From an uncultured Solirubrobacterales bacterium (GTDB lineage: Bacteria > Actinomycetota > Thermoleophilia > Solirubrobacterales > Solirubrobacteraceae), in contig CAWBID010000023.1 in NCBI GenBank assembly GCA_963788715.1, forward strand, positions 107,891 to 171,890: DNA of 64,000 nt. Direction: 5' to 3'. The notes below the pieces were generated by a model. The model did not search any database. It was given only the letters and a program-made list of their open reading frames with translations, and had not been told where the DNA came from. This document shows positions 52,052 to 60,908 of this stretch, one piece after another (the stretch's first letter is position 1; each line of letters begins with the position of its first letter). A program made the translations under genes and the position numbers.

Positions 52052-53739
52052 CCGATCTAGCGACTTTCGACCTCAAGCATCGTTCGCGGGCCCTTACCGA
52101 GGGCCCCGAGCGGGCCGCTGCGCGTGCCTATCTGCACGGGATCGGCTACACCGCCGAGGATTTGGCCAAGCCGATCATCGGGGTGGCTCACTCGTGGATC
52201 GAGACGATGCCCTGCAACTTCAACAACAGGGTGCTGGCCGCCAAGGTCAAGGAGGGCATCAGGGCAGCAGGTGGCACGCCGATGGAGCTCAATACGATCG
52301 CTATCTCAGACGGCATCACGATGGGGACTTCCGGGATGCGGGCCTCGCTCGTCTCACGCGAGTTGATCGCCGACTCGATTGAGTTGGTCGCCTCGGCGCA
52401 CGCGTTCGATGCCTTGGTCGTGATCTCCGGCTGCGACAAGACGATCCCAGGTGCAGTGATGGCCTTGGCGCGGCTGAACATCCCAGGTCTGATGCTCTAC
52501 GGCGGCTCGATACGCCCCGGTCACTACAAGGGCCACGATGTCACGATCCAACAGGTTTTTGAGGCGGTCGGCGCCTACGCCGCCGGCAAGATCACCGAGG
52601 CTGAACTACACGAGTTGGAGGAGGTGGCCTCTCCCGGCGCCGGCGCTTGCGGAGGACAATTCACGGCGAACACAATGGCGATGGCTTTCGAGGTGCTCGG
52701 CATCTCACCGGCGGGCTCCTCGATGGTGCCGGCCGAGGACGGGCGCAAGCTGAAGGTGGCCGTCGAGTGCGGCGAACTGGCGATGGATGTGTTGCGCAGA
52801 GGGCTGCGCCCCAGCGAAGTGATCACCAAGCCTGCCTTGGAGAACGCCATCGCCGCCGGCGCAACTAGCGGCGGATCGACCAACATCGTGCTTCACCTAC
52901 TCGCCGTCGCGCGCGAAATGGGGGTCCCGCTCTCGATCGAGGAGTTCGACGCGATCTCCGAGGCCACGCCCTTGTTGTGCGACCTGCAACCTGGTGGGCA
53001 ATACGTCGCGACCGACCTATACGAGGCGGGCGGCGTGCCGCTCGTGCTTCAGCGCTTGCAAGAAGCGGGCGTGCTGCGCTCTGATGAGATCACCGTCACC
53101 GGGCGCTCGATCGGCGAACACGCTCAAGAGGCACACGAGACTGAAGGACAGCAAGTCGTGCGTCCACTCACGGACCCGCTCAAGCCGACCGGCGGTTTTG
53201 CGATTCTGCGCGGCAACGTGGCACCCGACGGATGCGTGGTCAAGCTGGCGGGCCACGAGCGTCGTCGCCATGTTGGCCCGGCACGGGTGTTCGACGGCGA
53301 GGAGGCCGCCATGGCGGCTGTGCTTGCACATGAGATCAAAGAGGGCGATGTAGTCGTCATCCGCGGCGAGGGACCCGCCGGTGGTCCAGGTATGCGCGAG
53401 ATGCTTGCAGTCACAGCCGCGATCGTCGGCGAGGGACTTGGTGAGAGCGTTGCCTTGATCACAGACGGGCGCTTCTCAGGCGCCACCCACGGTTTCATGG
53501 CGGCCCACGTGGCCCCTGAGGCGGTCCGAGGTGGCCCGATTGGCGCGCTCTCAGACGGCGATGAAATCACGATCGATGTCGATAGCCGCCGTATCGACAT
53601 GGCCCTCAGCGACGAACAGATCGCCACCCGTCTTGTCTCATACAAGCAGCCACCGCGGGCGGACGAGCACATAGACGTGGCGATCCGCAAGTACGCCAAG
53701 CTTGTGGGGTCCGCCGCCCAAGGCGCTGTTACAAGCTGA
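52048..53739 (+). CDS. ilvD: Dihydroxy-acid dehydratase
   Basis: PCN, SDGITMG, GCDKTIPG, GACGGQFTANTM, GGSTN, GPAGGPGMREM, TDGRFSG. Confidence 0.97.
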   Translation: MTDLATFDLKHRSRALTEGPERAAARAYLHGIGYTAEDLAKPIIGVAHSWIETMPCNFNNRVLAAKVKEGIRAAGGTPMELNTIAISDGITMGTSGMRASLVSRELIADSIELVASAHAFDALVVISGCDKTIPGAVMALARLNIPGLMLYGGSIRPGHYKGHDVTIQQVFEAVGAYAAGKITEAELHELEEVASPGAGACGGQFTANTMAMAFEVLGISPAGSSMVPAEDGRKLKVAVECGELAMDVLRRGLRPSEVITKPALENAIAAGATSGGSTNIVLHLLAVAREMGVPLSIEEFDAISEATPLLCDLQPGGQYVATDLYEAGGVPLVLQRLQEAGVLRSDEITVTGRSIGEHAQEAHETEGQQVVRPLTDPLKPTGGFAILRGNVAPDGCVVKLAGHERRRHVGPARVFDGEEAAMAAVLAHEIKEGDVVVIRGEGPAGGPGMREMLAVTAAIVGEGLGESVALITDGRFSGATHGFMAAHVAPEAVRGGPIGALSDGDEITIDVDSRRIDMALSDEQIATRLVSYKQPPRADEHIDVAIRKYAKLVGSAAQGAVTS

Positions 53740-53742
53740 GTT

Positions 53743-54681
53743 TCAGGCAGGGACTGCAGGCTGCTCGGCCACGAACTCGTCGAGCAACTGGTTGAAAGCG
53801 ACGGGGCGCTCCAGCATCGCCATGTGACCTGTTCCCTCGAAGATGACCTTGCGCGAATTGGGAATCAGCTGCTCGAACATGCCTGCGTCGCCGACAGGTA
53901 TGACCCTGTCTTCAGCGCCCCATACGATCAACGTGGGGCAGGCGATCTCCGGGAGACGCTCTGCGATCGGATAGTCGATGTTCGCGCGCAAGGCCTGGAT
54001 GAATCCGGGCTTGCCAGCGCCGCGCAACTGCTCGGCTGCCAAGGCCGCGGGCAGGCGGCTCGGATGGCGCGTCACCGTCCCGAGCGTTATGTTGCGCAAC
54101 CCCGGTCGGCGTGCCACCCAGTCCGAGCGAGCGGCCGTCCAGCCTGTATACGCAGCGAGCATCGGAGCCAGGCGGCGGAGATAGGGCTCGATACGTTCGA
54201 CGTCGCGATGCTGGTAGGTGCTGATGCCCGCCGCGGAGACGAGCACCAGACGCTCGACTCGTTGGGGAAACGCGATCGCAAGCTCAGCCGAGACGAAGCC
54301 GCCCATCGAATTGCCCACGACCGTCGCCGCGCTGATCCCGAGCGTGTCCAAAAGACCGTCCAAGATGCGCGCGTAGGAAGAGATCGTGATCGGCTCCTTG
54401 GGCATCGGCGAGTGACCGAAGCCCGGCAGGTCCATCGCGATCACGCGGTGACTTTGCGCGAATACAGGCAATTGCTCCAGCCAGTTAGGCCAAGAGCCCG
54501 ACAGGCCGTGTACGAAAACGATTGGATCGCCCTCGCCCAAATCGATCGTGTTCAGCGGGGTGCCTGCGACCGTGATCCAGTGCTGATGTTCGCGCCAGTC
54601 GACTTCCAGCCAGGCTGAGCGTCCCGTCGGACCGTAGGGCTGTCGGCGATCGGTGCTCGGGAGAGTGTCGACGCCGACCAT
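53743..54681 (-). CDS. Alpha/beta fold hydrolase
   Basis: FVHGLSG, DLPGFG, GNSMGG nucleophile elbow, GAED, GH. Confidence 0.92.
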   Translation of the reverse strand: MVGVDTLPSTDRRQPYGPTGRSAWLEVDWREHQHWITVAGTPLNTIDLGEGDPIVFVHGLSGSWPNWLEQLPVFAQSHRVIAMDLPGFGHSPMPKEPITISSYARILDGLLDTLGISAATVVGNSMGGFVSAELAIAFPQRVERLVLVSAAGISTYQHRDVERIEPYLRRLAPMLAAYTGWTAARSDWVARRPGLRNITLGTVTRHPSRLPAALAAEQLRGAGKPGFIQALRANIDYPIAERLPEIACPTLIVWGAEDRVIPVGDAGMFEQLIPNSRKVIFEGTGHMAMLERPVAFNQLLDEFVAEQPAVPA

Positions 54682-54704
54682 CAGTCAATAATCTACTCCA
54701 CTCA

Positions 54705-55286
54705 GTGCGTATTGCCATCGACATCGACTCGACCCTGCACCACTATTGGGATGTGCTCTCGGAGATCTCGCGTCGTCGCTTCGGCATCGAGTTGCCCTAT
54801 GAGGAGCAGTTCACCTGGGGCATCACGCGCCTACGCCCCGATCAGCTGGAGCTGTGCATCGAGGAGAGCCACAGCGACGATTCAATCCTCACCGGCAAGC
54901 CCTACCCTGGGGCGATAGAGACGGTGCGCACATGGAGCGATCAGGGGCATTTCATCCACATAACCTCTCATCGTTCCCAGGCGTGTGCCGAGGTCACGGC
55001 ACGCTGGTTGGAAGACTTGGGGTTGCCGTTTGACGATCTGTGCTGCTCCTACGACAAGGTCTCTCGCTGCGTAGAGCTGAATATCGAACTGCTGATCGAC
55101 GATTCCCCTTTGAACATCGCTGCTGCCCTGGAGCGGGGGATAGCGACGGCGACGATCGTGCACCCCTGGAACGCGGAACTGTGCGAGGTCGAGGACGTGC
55201 TTGCCGCCAGCGACTGGTACGAGCTGGCCGCGATACTTGCCCCCAAGCTCTCAAAATCCTCGCCAACTCTGGTGCGTCCCGGCTGA
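54705..55286 (+). CDS. HAD-superfamily 5'(3')-nucleotidase-like protein
   Basis: IAIDIDSTL motif I, ITSHR, K, LIDD motif IV, PWN. Confidence 0.8.
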   Translation: MRIAIDIDSTLHHYWDVLSEISRRRFGIELPYEEQFTWGITRLRPDQLELCIEESHSDDSILTGKPYPGAIETVRTWSDQGHFIHITSHRSQACAEVTARWLEDLGLPFDDLCCSYDKVSRCVELNIELLIDDSPLNIAAALERGIATATIVHPWNAELCEVEDVLAASDWYELAAILAPKLSKSSPTLVRPG

Positions 55287-55335
55287 GTCAGCCCGGTGCT
55301 TTGGCAGGGCGCCTGGCGGACACGGCGAATAATCC

Positions 55336-56328
55336 GTGGTGATGAACCCCAGCCAAGTCGACAGCCCAACCCCCAGTGAGCCGTGGCGGTCCGCGCTCGC
55401 CCAGCTCGATCAAGATCTGCTGCGCACAAACACGGCTTCGCGTACTCGACGGGCCTATGCGATAGACACGCTCCAGTTTGCCGTGTGGTCGCAGGCACGC
55501 GGGGGCGTACCCTCCGCCGTGGACTCGCGAGAGGTACGACGCTACATATCCCACCTCTCCAGTCTTGGCTTGAGTGCCGCCACGGTAGCGCGCAAGCTGG
55601 CCTCGATTCGAGCCTTGTTTCGTAGCCTACGCGAGCACGGCCTGATCGAGCAGAATCCCGCCGATCTGCTGGCCACCCCACGTCGTGGCTCTCATCTGCC
55701 GCAGGTTCTGAAGGCGCCCGAAGTCGCTCGCCTGCTTGACGGTATTCCGTCCAGCGGTGGCAGTGGACCGCTTGACATACGCGATCGTGCCCTATTCGAG
55801 CTCGCCTACGCATGTGGCTTGCGCGCGGAGGAGATCGTGTCCCTGAATGTCGAAGACGTGGATCACGAAGCCGAGCAGCTCAGGGTTGAGGGCAAGGGTT
55901 CCAAGACCCGCTTCGTGCCCGCCGGAGAGATCGCGCTTGGGGCCTTGCGTCACTACCTTAAGGACGCTCGTCCCGCGCTGGTCCAGCCGCGGCCAATAGC
56001 TCCCGGGGTCGGCGAGCGGACGTCGACACACACTGCGAGCCAAGCCGACGATCGAGCCTTGTTCCTGAGCCGCTCCGGGAGGCGACTTGGCACCAGCGAC
56101 GTGCGTCGACGCTTGCGCACGTGGGTGGGTCGGGTCGGCGTGGCTGGTGGGATCTCCCCACACACTCTGCGTCACAGCTTTGCAACCCACCTTTTGGACG
56201 GTGGCGCGGACTTGCGCACGATCCAAGAGTTGCTCGGCCACTCGAGCATCTCGACAACCCAGGTCTACACTCGGGTAGAGTCCGCCAGATTGAGACGCGC
56301 CTATGCGCGCAGTCACCCTCGGGCCTGA
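55336..56328 (+). CDS. xerC: XerC/XerD tyrosine recombinase
   Basis: RDRALFELAYACGLR, GKGSKTR, HTLRHSFATHLL.GGADLR.IQELLGH, TQVYT. Confidence 0.85.
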   Translation: MVMNPSQVDSPTPSEPWRSALAQLDQDLLRTNTASRTRRAYAIDTLQFAVWSQARGGVPSAVDSREVRRYISHLSSLGLSAATVARKLASIRALFRSLREHGLIEQNPADLLATPRRGSHLPQVLKAPEVARLLDGIPSSGGSGPLDIRDRALFELAYACGLRAEEIVSLNVEDVDHEAEQLRVEGKGSKTRFVPAGEIALGALRHYLKDARPALVQPRPIAPGVGERTSTHTASQADDRALFLSRSGRRLGTSDVRRRLRTWVGRVGVAGGISPHTLRHSFATHLLDGGADLRTIQELLGHSSISTTQVYTRVESARLRRAYARSHPRA

Positions 56329-56345
56329 TCGGGCGGGAGAAGACC

Positions 56346-57131
56346 CTGGAGACGAACGTCAAAGCGATCGAGCTGCGCGAACTGTGGCGGCGTTATAAGA
56401 ATGACGGCGACCCTCGCGCACGCGAGCGGCTCGTTGTTGCCTACTCACCTCTGGTCAAGTACGTGGCCGGCCGCACCGCGGCCGGCCTGCCGCCGCATGT
56501 CGAGGAGGCCGATCTCGTCTCATATGGGCTTGTAGGTCTGATCTCTGCGATCGAGCGCTTTGATCCCTCGCGCGAGATCAAGTTCGAGACCTATGCCATC
56601 ACGCGCATCAAGGGCGCGATCATCGACGAGCTGCGCTCGATCGACTGGGTGCCCCGCTCGGTCAGGGCCCGAGCACGCGAAATCGAGCGCGCCAACACCA
56701 AGCTCGAGCACCGCTTGCAGCGCACTCCGACCGATGAGGAGATGGCGGCCGAGTTGGAGCTCACGGTCCCCGAGTTCCACGAGTCGCTGCTGGCGATCTC
56801 CCACTCCTCGGTGGCTGCCTTGGACGAGCTGTGGAGCGTCTCCGATTCCAGCGGCGATCAGGTCTCTTTGATGGACACGATTGAGGACCCCAACGCTCCC
56901 GACCCCTCTCGCGCCCTGGATGTGGGCGATCTGAAGGATCGCATCGCCGACTCAATCGCCTCGTTGCCCGAGCGTGAGAAGCTCGTGATCGCCCTCTACT
57001 ACTACGAGAACCTCACACTTAGAGAGATCGGAGAGGTGCTGGGCGTCACCGAGTCGCGCATATCCCAGCTTCACACCAAGGCGGTTCTGCGCCTGCGCGG
57101 GCGCATGCAAGACGGCTCTTTCGCAGACTAG
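56346..57131 (+). CDS. FliA/WhiG family (sigma-28) RNA polymerase sigma factor; probable CTG start
   Basis: LVKYVAGR, FETYAITRIKGAIIDELRSIDWVPRSVR, LYYYENLTLREIGEVLGVTESRISQLH. Confidence 0.92.
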   Translation: METNVKAIELRELWRRYKNDGDPRARERLVVAYSPLVKYVAGRTAAGLPPHVEEADLVSYGLVGLISAIERFDPSREIKFETYAITRIKGAIIDELRSIDWVPRSVRARAREIERANTKLEHRLQRTPTDEEMAAELELTVPEFHESLLAISHSSVAALDELWSVSDSSGDQVSLMDTIEDPNAPDPSRALDVGDLKDRIADSIASLPEREKLVIALYYYENLTLREIGEVLGVTESRISQLHTKAVLRLRGRMQDGSFAD

Positions 57132-57191
57132 CCGGGGAGTCACATAGGTCCGCTGAGGTCAACCCTTGGCGCAAGTTTCGATCGGCGGTAT

Positions 57192-57213
57192 CTTGCTGAG
57201 AGCGTTCAGCAAG
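57192..57213. promoter_or_regulatory. Inverted repeat CTTGCTGA-N6-TCAGCAAG overlapping the -10-like hexamer and SD of the EF-G paralogue
   Basis: Perfect 8-bp arms; TATCTT at 57189-57194, SD AAGGAG at 57211-57216. Confidence 0.5.
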
Positions 57214-57220
57214 GAGAGAC

Positions 57221-59290
57221 ATGCGCCCGACCCCTGATCGGATTCGCAACGTCGCCCTCGTCGGTCATCGCGGCTCGGGCAAGACCTCCTTGCACGAGGC
57301 ACTCCTGTTCGAGACGGCAATCCTCAACAGGCTCGGCTCGGTGCCGGACGCCAACACAGTCTCAGACTCCGACGCCGAGGAGCAAGCGCGTCAGATGTCG
57401 ATTTCGATGACGCTCAGCGCCGCTTCTTGGCGCGAGCACAAGATCAACCTGCTGGACACGCCCGGCGAGCCGAGTTTCGTCGCCGATGCGCTCGCGGCCT
57501 TGCGTGTCTGCGAGTCCGCGATCTTCGTACTCAACGCCGTCAATGGGGTCGAGATGACCACGAGCCGGCTGTGGGCGCGCGCGGCCGAACTAGACGCCGC
57601 CCGGCTCGTGTTCGTGAACATGCTCGACCGCGATCGCGCCGATTTCTTTGACACGTTGACGGCGCTCAAGCAGGCTTTCGGCCCACACGCAATCGCCACC
57701 GAGATCCCGCTCGGCTCTGATGAGATGGAAGGCGTTATCGACCTACTCGACATGACCGCCTTTCGCCAATGCTCAAGCGGACGAGGAGACTTCGAGGAGG
57801 TGCCGATCCCTGACAGCCAGATGGAGATGGCGAGCTCCTATCGCGACCGTTTGATGGATGAGGTCTGTGAAGTCTCCGATGTCCTCATGGAGCGCTATCT
57901 GGAGGGCGAGAAGATTTCCCACCAAGAGATCACGGCCGCGCTGAAACAGGGCACCAATCACGGCAAGCTCTTTCCGGTCACCTGCGGCGTGGCCACGCGC
58001 AATCTGGGCACCTCGCGACTGCTCGACGCGATCGTTGAGGACCTGCCCTCACCGGTGAGCCACGGACCACTACAAATCGGCGAGGCCGAGCTGTCGGCCT
58101 CCGAGCACGACGAGTTGTTCGCATACGCCTTCAAGACGCGCGCCGACCCCTACGCCGGACGCGTCAACCTCGTACGTGTCTATCAAGGAGTGCTCCACCA
58201 CGACACCCACGCTCACAACACCCGCTCGCGGGCCCGCGAGAGGATCGGCCAACCGATCGTCTTCTCAGGCAAGTCCAGTGAGCATGTATCCGAGATCGGC
58301 GCGGGAGATATGGGCGCCGTGGCCAAGCTCAAAGACACCCACGCGGGCGACTGGCTGGCCGGCCGCGACCAGTCCTTGGAGATGCCGCGCCCAAGCCTCC
58401 CTGCGCCCGTAATGGCGTTCGCCGTGGAGGTGATCGGCAAGGGCGACGAAGACAAGGTGTTCAGCTCCCTGCGACGGCTGCGCGAGGAAGACCCCACGAT
58501 CGACCTGCACCGCGATCCGCAGACTGGTGAGCAGATCGTCGCCGGGCTCTCACAGATGCACGTCGAAGTGATTGTCGAGCGTTTGCGCTCTCGTTTCAGC
58601 GTCGAGGTCTCACTCAAGCCTCCTAGGGTCCCTTACCAGGAGACGATTCGAGCCCCAGCCAAAGGTCGTGGCCGCCACAAGAAGCAGACAGGAGGGCGTG
58701 GACAGTTCGGGGCTTGTGAGATCGAGATCGCTCCATTGCCCCAGGGCGCCGGCTTTCGGTTCGTCAATCGGATCAAGGGGGGCGCGATCCCCAGCCAGTT
58801 CATAGGAGCCGTCGAGAAGGGGGTCTTGGATGCGATGGTGGTCGGTCCTATCGCGGGCTATCCCGTTAAGGATGTTCAAGTCACGCTCGTCGACGGTTCC
58901 TTCCATGCCGTGGATTCCTCTGAGCTTGCCTTCAAGCTTGCCGGCGCGTTGGCCATGAAGGAGGCCCTCACCCAAGCTCGGCCGGTCCTGATGGAGCCCG
59001 TCATGCTTGTCTGCGTCTCGGTGCCCGACGAGCACGTGGGCGACGCGATCGGCGACCTCAATAGTCGTCGTGGGCGCCCTCAAGGGATGGAGCCGGCGGG
59101 GGTCACAACCGAGATCAAGGCAGAGGTTCCCTTGGCTGAGATGCTCTCCTACGCGCCCGATTTGCGCTCGATCACCCAGGGTCAAGGTGACTACACGCTG
59201 GAGCTGCTGCGCTACGAGCCGGCGCCCTCGCAACTGGCTAAAAAGGTGCTCGAACAGCTCGACGAGGCTCGCCCCGCCGCGCACGCTTGA
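57221..59290 (+). CDS. Elongation factor G-like protein (EF-G II paralogue)
   Basis: IRNVALVGHRGSGKT, DTPG, EEDPT, VPYQETI, KKQTGGRGQFG, VDSSELAF; EF-G length. Confidence 0.92.
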   Translation: MRPTPDRIRNVALVGHRGSGKTSLHEALLFETAILNRLGSVPDANTVSDSDAEEQARQMSISMTLSAASWREHKINLLDTPGEPSFVADALAALRVCESAIFVLNAVNGVEMTTSRLWARAAELDAARLVFVNMLDRDRADFFDTLTALKQAFGPHAIATEIPLGSDEMEGVIDLLDMTAFRQCSSGRGDFEEVPIPDSQMEMASSYRDRLMDEVCEVSDVLMERYLEGEKISHQEITAALKQGTNHGKLFPVTCGVATRNLGTSRLLDAIVEDLPSPVSHGPLQIGEAELSASEHDELFAYAFKTRADPYAGRVNLVRVYQGVLHHDTHAHNTRSRARERIGQPIVFSGKSSEHVSEIGAGDMGAVAKLKDTHAGDWLAGRDQSLEMPRPSLPAPVMAFAVEVIGKGDEDKVFSSLRRLREEDPTIDLHRDPQTGEQIVAGLSQMHVEVIVERLRSRFSVEVSLKPPRVPYQETIRAPAKGRGRHKKQTGGRGQFGACEIEIAPLPQGAGFRFVNRIKGGAIPSQFIGAVEKGVLDAMVVGPIAGYPVKDVQVTLVDGSFHAVDSSELAFKLAGALAMKEALTQARPVLMEPVMLVCVSVPDEHVGDAIGDLNSRRGRPQGMEPAGVTTEIKAEVPLAEMLSYAPDLRSITQGQGDYTLELLRYEPAPSQLAKKVLEQLDEARPAAHA

Positions 59291-59362
59291 AGGGCTGTCC
59301 CGCCGGGTCCTCAGAGTGGGCGTACCGCGCGAGCACGCCGCTCCGGCTACTCTGATGAGCTG

Positions 59363-60154
59363 ATGGCCACGCGCGCAATCGTCACCTCGCACCCTGTGGT
59401 CGCCTGCGATGTATGCGGACGAAGCCTGTTGCGAGGGGAGAATCCAGACGTGTTCCTCGCCGGTGGGCAGCGACGCACGGTGTGCGAGCTGTGCGTGCCC
59501 AGAGCCTCCGCCGAGGGCTGGCTACGTGAGGCCGACAACCACGCTCTCTCAGTCCGTCCGACCCGCGCGCGGCGCGCTGGCTCGCTGCTGGGGCGTTTGC
59601 GCCAATTACGTGAATCCTCCGAGCGTCCCACGCGGCGCGAGGCGCGACCCACCGCCGATCGCTCGCCGGGTACGGAGGGTGAGCTCTCAGAGGACGGTCT
59701 CTATGACTTCCTGGATGACGGCTCGATCGCGCGCTCCGATTCCTACGAGCAGGAGCTCTACATCGACTCGGTGCAAGCCGACACGCCCGCCGAAGGACAG
59801 TGGAGCGATGTGAGCGATTTCGAGGAGCTGGCGACGAGCGGCGAGCTGAAGATGGCTCGCGCGATCGAGGTCTTCAACGCCGGTGAGCAGCCACGACGCA
59901 TCGCGGGCGTTGCTCGCTCGTTGGGAGCTCCCGAGGTGACTGTGCGCGTCTTGGAGGACTCGGGCAGCAGGGTTGCGATCGTCATCGCCTGGGAGTTGTG
60001 CTGGTACCGCTACGAGGTGGATCTCGGCGAGGAGGCCGCCGGTGCCCAGCTGGTCGGCCAGGGCATGGAGCTCGAGGAGCTGTCCGAGCTTGACCGCAGA
60101 GCCAACGCGGGCGCCGATGAGCACGGCGCGCTCGCTCCGCTCGCGCTCGCCTGA
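59363..60154 (+). CDS. Hypothetical protein with N-terminal Cys4 zinc finger
   Basis: CDVC...CELC; acidic linker; C-terminal VIAWELCWYRYEVDL segment. Confidence 0.75.
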   Translation: MATRAIVTSHPVVACDVCGRSLLRGENPDVFLAGGQRRTVCELCVPRASAEGWLREADNHALSVRPTRARRAGSLLGRLRQLRESSERPTRREARPTADRSPGTEGELSEDGLYDFLDDGSIARSDSYEQELYIDSVQADTPAEGQWSDVSDFEELATSGELKMARAIEVFNAGEQPRRIAGVARSLGAPEVTVRVLEDSGSRVAIVIAWELCWYRYEVDLGEEAAGAQLVGQGMELEELSELDRRANAGADEHGALAPLALA

Positions 60155-60183
60155 CGCTTGTCTGCGCAGTACGATCTAAGTCG

Positions 60184-60411
60184 ATGATCTACTGCGTGGT
60201 CCCCAAGCCGCTTGCCGATGAGCTCTATTCCAAGCTGGTCAAGCGCTATGAGAACGACGACAACGTAACCGTCATCGTCGACCGGCGCGAGGCCGATCGG
60301 CGTGCGCGTGGCTCGCGTCCGTCCGAGAGTGACCTGCAGCGCCGCGTGGTTCGCGACCGTCGCCGTGCCCGTGTCCCGGGCGATCTACCGCCGCTCGTCG
60401 ACGGCTCCTGA
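60184..60411 (+). CDS. Small hypothetical protein with Arg-rich DRR motifs
   Basis: 75 aa; VIVDRREADRR...QRRVVRDRRR; TACGAT 8 nt before ATG. Confidence 0.65.
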   Translation: MIYCVVPKPLADELYSKLVKRYENDDNVTVIVDRREADRRARGSRPSESDLQRRVVRDRRRARVPGDLPPLVDGS

Positions 60412-60480
60412 CGGCGTGCCCGCGGTCGTAGCGTCCTCGCCCATGAGGTGGCCTACCCGGATGCCTGAACGGAGAAGACT

Positions 60481-60897
60481 GTGAAGCTCGTCGCCCACGT
60501 CGACGGTGGCTCGCGCGGCAACCCGGGACCCGCAGCGGCCGCCAGTGTCCTCTCAAGCCCCGAGGGCGAGATCCTCGACGAGGCCTCAGAGCTGCTCGGC
60601 ACAGTCACCAACAACGTGGCCGAGTACCGCGCACTCCTACTCGGCTGCAAGCGTGCCCGCGCTTTGGGCGCGAGCGAAGTCGAGGTCGTCAACGACTCCG
60701 AGTTGATTGCCAAGCAGGTACAAGGCCTCTACAAGGTCAAGCACCCCGCGATGCGGCCCCTCCACCAGCAAGCGCTAGCCGCTCTGAGGGGCTTCGATGC
60801 GTGGAAGGTTCGCACGGTCCCGCGCGCCCAGAACGCTCACGCCGACGCGCTCGTCAACGCCGCCTTGGACGAAGCGGCGGCTAGCCCCGCGGCCTGA
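60481..60897 (+). CDS. rnhA: Ribonuclease HI
   Basis: HVDGGSRGNPGPA, TNNVAEY, DSEL, VPRAQNAHADAL.N. Confidence 0.92.
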   Translation: MKLVAHVDGGSRGNPGPAAAASVLSSPEGEILDEASELLGTVTNNVAEYRALLLGCKRARALGASEVEVVNDSELIAKQVQGLYKVKHPAMRPLHQQALAALRGFDAWKVRTVPRAQNAHADALVNAALDEAAASPAA

Positions 60898-60908
60898 GAG
60901 CTCCCGAG

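Noticed and set aside
55336-56328. Phage or ICE integrase marking a mobile element
   Set aside because: Typical chromosomal XerC/D motifs, housekeeping neighbours, no att repeats or cargo genes seen
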